Positions 10,063 through 18,958 of a stretch of 64,000 bases of DNA are shown here, piece after piece (position 1 is the first letter of the stretch; the number at the start of each line of letters is the position of its first letter). The DNA comes from a candidate division WWE3 bacterium (GTDB lineage Bacteria > Patescibacteriota > WWE3 > UBA101185 > UBA10185), in assembly GCA_014729135.1 (NCBI GenBank), contig WJKK01000001.1, positions 593-64,592 on the forward strand, read 5' to 3'. A program made the position numbers and the translations under genes. The notes beneath the pieces were generated by a model that was not told the origin of the DNA, did not search any database, and was given only the letters and a program-made list of their open reading frames with translations.

Positions 10063-11343
10063 TTAACCCTCTAAAAGCGTACGAATCCGTTCAATCTTCC
10101 CCATAACACGCTCAGCAACAACACCATTGTTATACATCCCCAACAAATGTTCAAAAACCGTCAACCCCTTCTTAACCATCCCAGGATCATACAAAACCTC
10201 GCCCGTCGGCAAACTCTCCTTTGAAGCCCACCAAAACTGATCGCTATTTAAACACTTCTGCATCAACACTTCCCGCGCAATCTTCCCCCGCAAAACAGGA
10301 TTGTCAATTCGCTTTAAACCTTCCGGATCCCACACAGGCAAAACAGCATACTCATCCATTTCTGAAAAGGCGTTATCTGTCGTATAAAGTGCTGACAATT
10401 CATTAACAATCTCCCATTGCAACTGATGAATCTCATTAGTGGGCGCATCCCACATTGGAAAAGGCACGCCTGAAGCCATATCCTCATCAGTAGCACCCCA
10501 ACTGGAGGTCTGCAAGCGCCGAATTGAAACGGTAGAAACACCTTCAATATGATCCGAAACCGTTACAATATCAATACCCTTCTTACGCACATAACTAATA
10601 ATCCTATTCAACAGCAAAAAACCTTGATCAAAATGGTGCCCAAAAAACTCCCCATCTAAAACTATGACAAACGATTCCTCTCTTGACTGATATTCATCAA
10701 TCAGTTGAGTAATTTCACCCATATCTAAATCACGTTTAAACGAGAGCACATTACTAAAAGCACGATTTCGAGCAATCATTTTAACGCCATAGTCCTTATA
10801 CCGATAAACTCCATGCTTCCCATACTTAACACGACTACCTCCAACAATATCCTCCTCCGGAATTGCCGTCTCATCCACAATCATCCATTTGTAACCCAAA
10901 TCATCCAGAGTTGCTAAAACATCCTCATTAACCGCTAGCTCAGGAGGAAAAAAGCCCACAATATTTTGCACCATAATTGCCGGGTCTCCCTCCAGATTTT
11001 GATGATCACCAAGGTAATAACCCAAGCCATACTCATTTAAAATAACCTCTTGTTGCACGAGTTTTTCAGATAACTTAGCCAAAATAGGATGATAAGCAGC
11101 GCTTCCAACTAACTCCACCTTCCCTACCCGCACCATGTCGCGAACATCGGAAATCCAGTCGCTATAGCCATAACGATCCATTTGTTCTAAAAGACTAAGA
11201 GGAATATCCAGGGAGACTTTGAAATTTTTGGTTCTACCAACCCGACGGATTAGAGGCTCATAAGATTCCTTGTACACACGGCGAAAAACCTCTTCCGATT
11301 GCGTCACAGGCTGATATAAGTGGAGCAGTATGGCTATTTCCAT
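10063..11343 (-). CDS. Glycoside hydrolase family 57
   Basis: LHLYQP, ESY, SAAYHPILA, FFPPEL, DGEFFGHH, NSDQFWW. ATG lies 6 nt after TATAAT. Confidence 0.85.
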   Translation of the reverse strand: MEIAILLHLYQPVTQSEEVFRRVYKESYEPLIRRVGRTKNFKVSLDIPLSLLEQMDRYGYSDWISDVRDMVRVGKVELVGSAAYHPILAKLSEKLVQQEVILNEYGLGYYLGDHQNLEGDPAIMVQNIVGFFPPELAVNEDVLATLDDLGYKWMIVDETAIPEEDIVGGSRVKYGKHGVYRYKDYGVKMIARNRAFSNVLSFKRDLDMGEITQLIDEYQSREESFVIVLDGEFFGHHFDQGFLLLNRIISYVRKKGIDIVTVSDHIEGVSTVSIRRLQTSSWGATDEDMASGVPFPMWDAPTNEIHQLQWEIVNELSALYTTDNAFSEMDEYAVLPVWDPEGLKRIDNPVLRGKIAREVLMQKCLNSDQFWWASKESLPTGEVLYDPGMVKKGLTVFEHLLGMYNNGVVAERVMGKIERIRTLLEG

Positions 11344-11491
11344 GAAGGAATTATAGAGGAGATATTGCAGTTTCACAACACACGAATAGGGGTATTAAGG
11401 AGGCCTTTTTGAAGGATGGCAGGCTTTTATTTATTCTGCTAATTGTTTAAGGAGTGTCTTGTTGAGGTGTTTTAGAAGGTATTTAAAGCAC

Positions 11492-11584
11492 AAAAAAAGT
11501 TATACAGCCAAATCCGGGGAGGTAAAGCAGAGTCTCCTGCCCAAAGACTAAGCCACCTTCCCGGATTTCACCGTATAACTCTAT
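11492..11584 (-). ncRNA. Candidate small RNA, single long hairpin (~90 nt)
   Basis: TTGACA(11619-11614)-N17-TATACT(11596-11591) with extended -10 TG. Stem AGTTATACGGTGAAATCCGGGAAGGT / ACCTCCCCGGATTTGGCTGTATAACT ends in T7. Confidence 0.55.
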
Positions 11585-11694
11585 GTTGTTAGTATAGCAA
11601 AATGTTATAGGCCTGTCAACCCGGGGGTGATTCGACCTAGAGTGGATCAAAGAGCTGCCCTGAACACAACTCCTTTTAACCTTTTCAGCTCATT

Positions 11695-11894
11695 GGAGGG
11701 ATTCTCCCACAAGAAAAAATTCTGCAGCGTAAAAGTTTACAAGACTTTTACGACTCATCGATAATCCGTCAACGACGGATTTCGATGTGGCTAACAAGTT
11801 GCCAAGCAACTTGTTAAATATTGTTTTTATCGAAAACACAATTGAAAATCTAAACGAAAGTGAGCGAAGCCTTTTTCGGTGGGAGAATCCCTCC
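11695..11894. repeat. 132-bp multi-hairpin element, copy 2 (core 11723-11854), inside IR GGAGGGATTCTCCCAC / GTGGGAGAATCCCTCC
   Basis: Direct comparison with 9737-9868; perfect 16-bp outer IR. Confidence 0.9.
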
Positions 11895-11908
11895 AGAGAA
11901 TACAAAAG

Positions 11909-13453
11909 TTAAAAAACCAAATCCTCTACCTTGTGCACGTGAGGATTATCCTTATGTTTAAAAGAAATAGCCCGCTCATAAAGCTTCTCATACTCCTTTG
12001 CGGAATACTCCCAGCTAAAGTCAGCCTTCATAGCATTCTTCTGCAGAGCCTGCCAAACCTCTTTATTCTTGTACAACTCATAAGCACGGGCAATTTGGCC
12101 AAACAAAGAATACTGATCAAAATTCGTAAACACAAAACCTGTCCCCTGCTGCTTTAACGTATCAAAATTCCTGACAGTATCTGCCAAACCTCCCACCTTC
12201 CTTACAACAGGAATAGCTCCATATCGCATGGACTCAATCTGCACAATTCCACAAGGTTCAAATCGGGAAGGGTACAAAATACAATCGGAACCTGCAAAAA
12301 CCATTCGAGGCAAAGTGAAATTAGGCAAAGGATGAATCCCCACCTGATCAGGAAAATCACGCTTTAAGGCTTTCAACATCTCCGTTAAACCCCGGTCCCC
12401 TCCCCCAACCTGCACAAACTGCACGTTATAATCAGGAAAAACATGGCGCAAAGTGTTAACAATTAAATCCACACCTTTCTGATAATCCAAACGACCAACA
12501 AAACCAAACAACAAAGCGTCCTCATCTACCGGCAAATCAAACTCGCGCTGTAAACAAGCCTTATTCTTGATACGATCATCCAGATGGTCAATGTCAAAAG
12601 GATGCTCCACCAAATTGTCCTTCATGGGATCAAACTCGTCGTAATCAAGCCCATTAACGATTCCAAAAAGCTTTCCGCGAACCTCCATTAAGAGCTTGTC
12701 CAAGCCCTCGCCATACTCCGGTGTTAAAATTTCGCGGGCATACGTTTTAGAGACAGTGTTTACAACGTCATTAAACAAGATTCCACGGCGCATAAAGTTA
12801 AGATTGTTTAACCGCGGAGAGAAAAAGGGCGAAACAGCGGATTTGCCGTCGTCGTAGTCTAGTTCGGAGACATTTTTATGATCGAAATTGCCTTGATAAC
12901 GCAGGTTGTGAATTGTGAAAGCTGTTGCAATGTCTTTTAATATAGGGTCTTTTCGATAGGAGGTTCTAAGATAGTTGGCCAAAATGCCGGTGTGCCAGTC
13001 GTTTGTGTGAATAATGTCGGGCACGAACTCCTCCGTTCGAATGAATTCTATGGCTCCCCTTGATAACAGGGCGAACCTAGTAGGATCGTCAACATAGCTG
13101 TAAACATTGGCTCGCTTTTCGTAGTATTCTTTGTTTTCTAAAAAGTAGGTGATGACGTCGTGGTCGTTTTTTGTGTATTTGACGTTGCAGATTAGGTCTT
13201 TGTTGGTTTCGTCGTCTGTAGGAACTTTTAGACCTTCATGGAGCATTTTTGTCTCGTATTCGTCTTCATCAATAAAGCCGTATTTTGGCATGAATAAGCG
13301 AACGTCGTGTCCTAGGGCTTTTAATTCGCGGGATAAGTATGCGAGGACTGCGGAGAAACCTCCAACAGTTGCATAGGGAGCGACTTCTGCCCCGACGATT
13401 AGGATTTTAAATGGCGGGGTTTTTTCTGCAATGTTGCTCTTTTTTGCGGACAT
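11909..13453 (-). CDS. glgA: Second glycogen synthase (GT5)
   Basis: AEVAPYATVGGF, HTNDWHTG, TIHNLRYQG, NTVSKTYA, GRLDYQKG, PSRFEPCG, VGGLADTV. Confidence 0.92.
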   Translation of the reverse strand: MSAKKSNIAEKTPPFKILIVGAEVAPYATVGGFSAVLAYLSRELKALGHDVRLFMPKYGFIDEDEYETKMLHEGLKVPTDDETNKDLICNVKYTKNDHDVITYFLENKEYYEKRANVYSYVDDPTRFALLSRGAIEFIRTEEFVPDIIHTNDWHTGILANYLRTSYRKDPILKDIATAFTIHNLRYQGNFDHKNVSELDYDDGKSAVSPFFSPRLNNLNFMRRGILFNDVVNTVSKTYAREILTPEYGEGLDKLLMEVRGKLFGIVNGLDYDEFDPMKDNLVEHPFDIDHLDDRIKNKACLQREFDLPVDEDALLFGFVGRLDYQKGVDLIVNTLRHVFPDYNVQFVQVGGGDRGLTEMLKALKRDFPDQVGIHPLPNFTLPRMVFAGSDCILYPSRFEPCGIVQIESMRYGAIPVVRKVGGLADTVRNFDTLKQQGTGFVFTNFDQYSLFGQIARAYELYKNKEVWQALQKNAMKADFSWEYSAKEYEKLYERAISFKHKDNPHVHKVEDLVF

Positions 13454-13606
13454 GTGAAGGGATTATAGCATATTGGTGTTTTGGTGGATGATTTCCCAGG
13501 TTTCCGCAAATCTGGAGTAGCAAAGGCGAAAGCAGAAAGCTACCTCCCGACGAAAAATTCTGTTCTTGCCCTTTCTCATCCGCGCCCTCACCTAAAGAGT
13601 TCTAGA

Positions 13607-13678
13607 CCAAGGCAATCTCCTGTAAGAAAAAATTTGAGCCGTACTCGGTGAGCTTTTTTCGTCAGGAGAGTGCCTTGG
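13607..13678. repeat. REP-like element, copy 2
   Basis: CCAAGGCAATCTCCTGTAAGAAAAAATTTGAGCCGTACTCGGTGAGCTTTTTTCGTCAGGAGAGTGCCTTGG. Confidence 0.9.
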
Positions 13679-13689
13679 AAACTAAATCG

Positions 13690-14598
13690 TTAGACTATTT
13701 CCTCAAGCTCATCAGCAAGACCCATCATCGCAAAATCCTGATTTAGCTGTGAGTCTGCAACTACGAAAAGACCATGCTTCTCCTGTTTGTCAGCAAAAAC
13801 TTCGGAGTCGTCGGTTAGCAAAAGACAAAGTTGGGCATTCTTTTCCGTGGTTTCCTCCAACTGAAGCATCTTGATGAAAAGATCTTCGGAGTCAGCCGGG
13901 ACATAGGTGTGCAAAACGGAAAACGGCTTTTTCAGGGGCTTCTCCAGGGATAAACCGGCATAAAGTGTGAAAGCATAATCAACTCCGGCCTTTCGCCCTA
14001 CTTTGTCAATGTTTTGCGCAACTTCTTTTAAACCGCCTAGCATGCTTTTATAGTATTTTATTGAAGTTTCTGAGGAGGCTTCTTCGCTGTCGTTAGAGGT
14101 TAAAGCGCTCAGTGTTTCTTTTTCCACGCCTTCATCCTCTTGTACGGAAACTGCCTGTTTTTCGGCTTTTTTGGAAGGGGCTGCCGGAGCTTTGAATTCT
14201 TCTGCAGCTGCTTTAAATTTGGAGAGCCAGTCGATTTCCTCTTCTTCTGAGGCTTCTTCTTCTGCTATTTCTTCTGTTTCCGCAGGAGTTTCTCCCTCCT
14301 CTTCAACATCTTCGGATTCCTCCACTTCCTCTTTTTGAGAAGGTGCTTTTGGTTGCTTCTTAGATGTTGTGGACTTTCTTCTCGAAGAATCTTGACTTGA
14401 CTCCCCTATGGAGTCCTCGTCACCATCAGGATATAAAAAGTTAAGAATGTCCTGCTTTGTAAAACGAAGTCTTCCTGTGGCAGTTTTTATCTCAGCCTCA
14501 AGCTTCCCTTGTTCCAAATAACGATATACGGAGCGTAGGCTAACGCCTAGCACGTCAGCTACTTCTGTTGAAGTATATAATTTTTCTTCTAAGTTCAT
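13690..14598 (-). CDS. Excisionase-type HTH + acidic linker + AbiEi-like C-terminal domain
   Basis: LYTSTEVADVLGVSLRSVYRYLEQGKL...GRLRF (HTH_17). C-terminal YAFTLYAG...LHTYV...NAQLCLL..D.SEVF...G..VV...QL..D resembles AbiEi_2. Confidence 0.7.
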   Translation of the reverse strand: MNLEEKLYTSTEVADVLGVSLRSVYRYLEQGKLEAEIKTATGRLRFTKQDILNFLYPDGDEDSIGESSQDSSRRKSTTSKKQPKAPSQKEEVEESEDVEEEGETPAETEEIAEEEASEEEEIDWLSKFKAAAEEFKAPAAPSKKAEKQAVSVQEDEGVEKETLSALTSNDSEEASSETSIKYYKSMLGGLKEVAQNIDKVGRKAGVDYAFTLYAGLSLEKPLKKPFSVLHTYVPADSEDLFIKMLQLEETTEKNAQLCLLLTDDSEVFADKQEKHGLFVVADSQLNQDFAMMGLADELEEIV

Positions 14599-14713
14599 GA
14601 CTTCATATTATATAGTGCGATCACATATGTCAATGGTTTCCTTGCTCTTCGCAAACACCGAATATGATACTTGATAACTGAGTCATTTTTAACTGTAGAA
14701 AAAGGAAAAAGTG

Positions 14714-15619
14714 CTATCTAGAAAGAGTGTCATACTTGGAAGTGAGGAGAACTTCGAGTGGAAAGATGAGAAATGACGTGACAATTCTTCTAATGCGCCA
14801 AGGTTGTGTGACTAGTCTATAAAGCCACTCTAAATGAACTGCTTGTATCCACTTGGGTGCCCATGATTTTTCTTTCGAAATGTAGTCAAATGTTCCCCCC
14901 GCACCAACTGCTAAACGAGCGGGAATCTTATTAGCATTCCTTTGTATCCATTTTTCTTGCTTTGCATGTCCATAACATACTATTAGTATGTCAACTGACC
15001 CAACACCTGAATCCTCCATAGCCTCTTGAATATAAGTCACTGTTTCCTCATCATCCTCTTGGCGGTAGCTAAACTTAGAAGTAGCCCCCACCAAATTTAG
15101 ATCCGGATACATTTGCTTTAATTCCTCCCCTGCTTTGCTTGCAAGATCATACCCCGGATCCTTAATAGGGCGCCCCAGATAATCCGTTGGCCAACCCCCC
15201 AAAAGAAACACAGAATAATTTTCACGCTCAGCTAAAGCACACAAATCATAAACCAACTGCACTCCCGGGACACGCCCACCCAAAGGCTTCTTGAAATTCC
15301 CTTTTAGAAGACCATTAAGATAGTAGTTTGCATACAAAACACCAACACCGTCAGGGACTGACAAAAAAGACGTATTGATAATTTTGCGAAACTCCGAATC
15401 CTTTTGAGCTGTCATAATAAATTCGGGATTAGTGGTGCTTACCAAAGCGGTCTCTTTAAAAGGTTCCTCCTCTAGATAACGCTCTATGCGATTTAAAACC
15501 TCAGAAGAAGATAAGAAGTCAACACGAACACCAAGAATAGAATTTGACTCCGGTTGTAACGGATAGCTCGGTTGCCTCTTTTGAGATGTTTTTTCTTTAA
15601 TACCTTTATTAGATTTCAT
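14714..15619 (-). CDS. WecB/TagA/CpsF glycosyltransferase (GT26)
   Basis: ILGVRVD, TTNPEF, VPDGVGV, RVPGV, G..KQEKW, GAGGTFD, LEWLYRL..QPWR. Confidence 0.92.
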   Translation of the reverse strand: MKSNKGIKEKTSQKRQPSYPLQPESNSILGVRVDFLSSSEVLNRIERYLEEEPFKETALVSTTNPEFIMTAQKDSEFRKIINTSFLSVPDGVGVLYANYYLNGLLKGNFKKPLGGRVPGVQLVYDLCALAERENYSVFLLGGWPTDYLGRPIKDPGYDLASKAGEELKQMYPDLNLVGATSKFSYRQEDDEETVTYIQEAMEDSGVGSVDILIVCYGHAKQEKWIQRNANKIPARLAVGAGGTFDYISKEKSWAPKWIQAVHLEWLYRLVTQPWRIRRIVTSFLIFPLEVLLTSKYDTLSR

Positions 15620-15758
15620 AATTACCTAATTATCCAATTGCCAAGGCACTCTCCTAGTCACTTATAACTTTCCAAATTACCCCTAAAACACACCGCCTAA
15701 AAACCGCAAGCCATGCGATACAACTGTCACAAAAAAGCGCTGTGACAAAACTAAACAA

Positions 15759-16763
15759 TTAGCGACCTATCATACTTTTACTAAACATTTCCAAATGATC
15801 TAGCACTTCTCCCAGTCCTTTGACAACACATAAAATGGGCTCATCAGCAACATGAACAGGCACTCCTATGTAACCGGAAATGTATTTGTCAATGTTTTTC
15901 AGTTGCGAAGTCCCCCCACTTAAAACAATCCCTTTATCTAAAATGTCCGAAGACAACTCAGGGGGAGTAGATTCTAGCACATCCTTAACCGCCATAGCTA
16001 TGCGCTCCAAATCCCTTTCCATACAGGCATTAATCTCGGCGGAAGAAACCTCCACAATTCGAGGGAAACCTGTCACAGAATCGCGCCCTTTGACTTCAAT
16101 AACATCAACAGAACGTGCTCCTATAGCACTTCCCAGATTAATCTTAACTCCTTCGGCAGTTTCAGAACCAATAACTAAACCGTGCTCTCTACGCAAATGC
16201 TGAACAATTGCATCATCAAAGTCGTTACCACCTACACGAGTACTTCCATGAACAACAATGCCATACAATGAAACAACAGCGATTTCAGTAGTGCCTCCGC
16301 CAATGTTTACAATGATGTTTCCGGAGGGCTGCGAAACAGGAAGACCTGCACCAATTGCAGCAGCTAAGGGTTCGGGCACCAAATAAGCTTTCTTAGCTCC
16401 GGCTGAATATGCAGCCTCCAAGACAGCACGCGACTCCACAGAGGTGGCCCCGGCGGGAATAGAAATTACAACATCCGGCTTAATAAAACGGGATTTGCCA
16501 ATAGCACCTCGAATAAGATACTTAATTAAAATCTCAGTAACACGATAATCCGCTATTACACCACTTCGCAAAGGCCTCAAGGCTACAATGTCCTCAGGAG
16601 TTCGCCCCAGCATCTTTTTTGCCTCACTGCCTACAGCCAAAATACTGTCCCCCTCCTCTGAAACCGCTACAACAGTAGGCTCCATTAAGCTAATACCTTT
16701 ATTCTTAACATAAACAATAGAGTTAGCAGTTCCCAAGTCAATGGCTAATTTTTTAGTTAACAT
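15759..16763 (-). CDS. mreB: Rod shape-determining protein MreB
   Basis: AIDLGTANS, EPTVVA, RPLRSGVIADY, EPLAAAIGAGLP, IGGGTTEIAV, TPPELSSDI. Confidence 0.96.
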   Translation of the reverse strand: MLTKKLAIDLGTANSIVYVKNKGISLMEPTVVAVSEEGDSILAVGSEAKKMLGRTPEDIVALRPLRSGVIADYRVTEILIKYLIRGAIGKSRFIKPDVVISIPAGATSVESRAVLEAAYSAGAKKAYLVPEPLAAAIGAGLPVSQPSGNIIVNIGGGTTEIAVVSLYGIVVHGSTRVGGNDFDDAIVQHLRREHGLVIGSETAEGVKINLGSAIGARSVDVIEVKGRDSVTGFPRIVEVSSAEINACMERDLERIAMAVKDVLESTPPELSSDILDKGIVLSGGTSQLKNIDKYISGYIGVPVHVADEPILCVVKGLGEVLDHLEMFSKSMIGR

Positions 16764-16799
16764 ACAAAAATTATATAACAATGATAAAATACATGAGCT

Positions 16800-17987
16800 A
16801 TGGAAAAAAACTACTTATTAAGAACACTTATAACAGCATTTATAATATTATCTGTCAGTACTTTACTCTATTTATATACTGCGGGCTACAGACTCCAAAA
16901 AGAGGAGGAAGATCCTGTGGATATCCGCGTTACAGGAATGATTAGCGCTAAATCAATTCCTGAAAGTGCCAGCGTTTACCTTGACGAGGAACTTGTAACT
17001 GCCACAAACGACTCTATTCCCGGAATTCCTCCCGGAAAATACACGCTAAAAATCACAAAAAATGGCTTCACCCCTTGGGAAAAAGAAATTGAGGTCTTTC
17101 CGGAACTTGTTACAGACATCACAGCGGTGTTAGTTTCAGAAACTCCAAGAATAGAGCCTTTAACAAACACCGGAGCCAGAAGCCCACGAATGTCCCCTTC
17201 CCTAAGCGCCCTTGCCTACTTTTCTAAAGACCCCGAAAAACCGGGCGTCTGGGTTATGCCCTTAACTTACAACCGATTAGACTTTTTCAGCTCGGCGCCT
17301 AAGGTGGTTTTAGAGGACACCGCTTATGTAAATTTCTCTGAGGGCCTAGACATTCAATGGTCGCCTAAAGAGGATCAGTTGCTTGTTCAACAGGCGGAAA
17401 ATAGCTTTTACCTGGTGGATTTGGTATCAGATACTGCTAAAAGTGTGACAAATTATGAGGAAATCCAAGAGGAGTGGGCTGCAAAAATTGTGGAAATGCG
17501 CAAGAAACATTTAGAGAAGGCTCTGGAATCTAAAGAATTTGAGATGAACGAGAACTTACAAGAGTCTGCGCTAAAGCCGGAAACTTCTTGGGCACCGGAT
17601 GACAAAAAGTTCCTTTATGTAACAAAAGGTACTCCTGAAAATGGAACAAATGGCCTTTTGGAATATCGAGTGTTTAACATGGAAGATCCCTTGCCTGTTG
17701 GAGAGAAAAGGGATAACTTGGTTTTTACTACTAATCCGGCAGATCCGCAGCCAAAACTAACTTGGTACTCGGACAATTTTCACTTAATTATGCTGGAAAA
17801 GGCCCCGGAGGAAAACAGTGGAGTGGTTTCGCTGATTCGAATTGATGGAACCAATAAGAGGGAGCTTTATAATAATGTGATCTTTTCGGATCGTGTTTTT
17901 AGCTCTCCCGGTGGGGATAAGGTGGTTTTGCTGACTTCTTTTAGAACGGAAGGCGAAACGAATTTGTACACAGTGAGTGTGAGATAG
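16800..17987 (+). CDS. Membrane-anchored PEGA-domain protein with TolB-like propeller
   Basis: N-terminal TM; TGMISAKSIPESASVYLD...GKYTLKITKNGF.PW (PEGA); WSPK/WAPD/SSPGG repeats. Confidence 0.8.
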   Translation: MEKNYLLRTLITAFIILSVSTLLYLYTAGYRLQKEEEDPVDIRVTGMISAKSIPESASVYLDEELVTATNDSIPGIPPGKYTLKITKNGFTPWEKEIEVFPELVTDITAVLVSETPRIEPLTNTGARSPRMSPSLSALAYFSKDPEKPGVWVMPLTYNRLDFFSSAPKVVLEDTAYVNFSEGLDIQWSPKEDQLLVQQAENSFYLVDLVSDTAKSVTNYEEIQEEWAAKIVEMRKKHLEKALESKEFEMNENLQESALKPETSWAPDDKKFLYVTKGTPENGTNGLLEYRVFNMEDPLPVGEKRDNLVFTTNPADPQPKLTWYSDNFHLIMLEKAPEENSGVVSLIRIDGTNKRELYNNVIFSDRVFSSPGGDKVVLLTSFRTEGETNLYTVSVR

Positions 17988-18012
17988 GGGGTCCTTTCCT
18001 CAAACACTCTAC

Positions 18013-18771
18013 CTAGCGCACTTCTACCAACTTTGCTGTCACAACAAGCCTATTCAGCGTCGTTCCGGGAGGATCACAAGTTTGCAACGTCAGCAAAGGC
18101 TCCAAAACAGGCCGCGTAATAGGATATGTATCAAAGCCCTTATATTTTTCATTATTTATCACCTTATAAACATAATTGTCACCTTCATAAAACACATGAA
18201 TAGTATCCCCCACTCTCAAATGGCGAAGTAAATTAAAAACTGTCGCATATTTTCCTAGTTTCCAAAAATTAAGCGAGGCATGGGCAAAAATGTAGACGTT
18301 ACCGGGCTCCCTGGAAGGATAATCAGAAACCAGAGCATGTGCCACTCCTTTGGAAAGGGCTTCATTATAAGCTTCCTGATTAGTAACCGAAACGTCCTTT
18401 ACTACCGGGACATTTACACCGATACGCTCAATCACCAGACCGAAGTTTTTATCGACAGGTTCCAAGGCAATGGGTTTTGTGGAGATGAGGCGCGCAAACG
18501 GACTGTCAGACACTGTAGCAGAAGGGTCTGCAACTGAAGAGTCTTTGGAAGCTAAAGTGAACCGCTGATTTTTTAACTCTTTCCAATAAAAGAGTGCTTC
18601 TTGACCAACAAAGGGAGCAACTGAAATTAGGATAAAAATTATACCCAATATTAAAAGTGTGTTTGAAATTTTTGCAAGAATTTTTTCTTTCCTCGACTCA
18701 CCGGATATGAGGGGGCGCGACTTAATTCGCTGAGGTTTCCCCTTTTTCATTATGCGGGCAGACATGTGCAA
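18013..18771 (-). CDS. Sortase
   Basis: TM anchor; NVYIFAH, LTLQTC, R catalytic triad (TCDPPGTTLNRLVV). Exact start uncertain. Confidence 0.9.
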   Translation of the reverse strand: MHMSARIMKKGKPQRIKSRPLISGESRKEKILAKISNTLLILGIIFILISVAPFVGQEALFYWKELKNQRFTLASKDSSVADPSATVSDSPFARLISTKPIALEPVDKNFGLVIERIGVNVPVVKDVSVTNQEAYNEALSKGVAHALVSDYPSREPGNVYIFAHASLNFWKLGKYATVFNLLRHLRVGDTIHVFYEGDNYVYKVINNEKYKGFDTYPITRPVLEPLLTLQTCDPPGTTLNRLVVTAKLVEVR

Positions 18772-18782
18772 AGTATAACACG

Positions 18783-18846
18783 AAGGGACAGTCCTCTCCG
18801 AGGACAGTCCTTCGAGGGGACAGTCCTCTTAAAGGACTGTCCCCTT
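18783..18846. repeat. REP cluster GGACAGTCCT x3 plus inverted AGGACTGTCC
   Basis: Copies at 18786, 18802 and 18818, inverted copy at 18833. Same family at 57091-57140. Confidence 0.85.
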
Positions 18847-18958
18847 TTGAAGTGCTCTGGGTTGAGTTACGAAGCCGGCTAAAAGGGCATCCAAAGTGCT
18901 TTGTTAAGCAAAATGGATGGGGTTGAATATGGTCGTCCAATGGGGTACTATAATTACA

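Noticed and set aside
11492-11584. SRP (4.5S) or 6S RNA
   Set aside because: Lacks the CAGG-GRAA-AGCA helix-8 motif and is too short for 6S.
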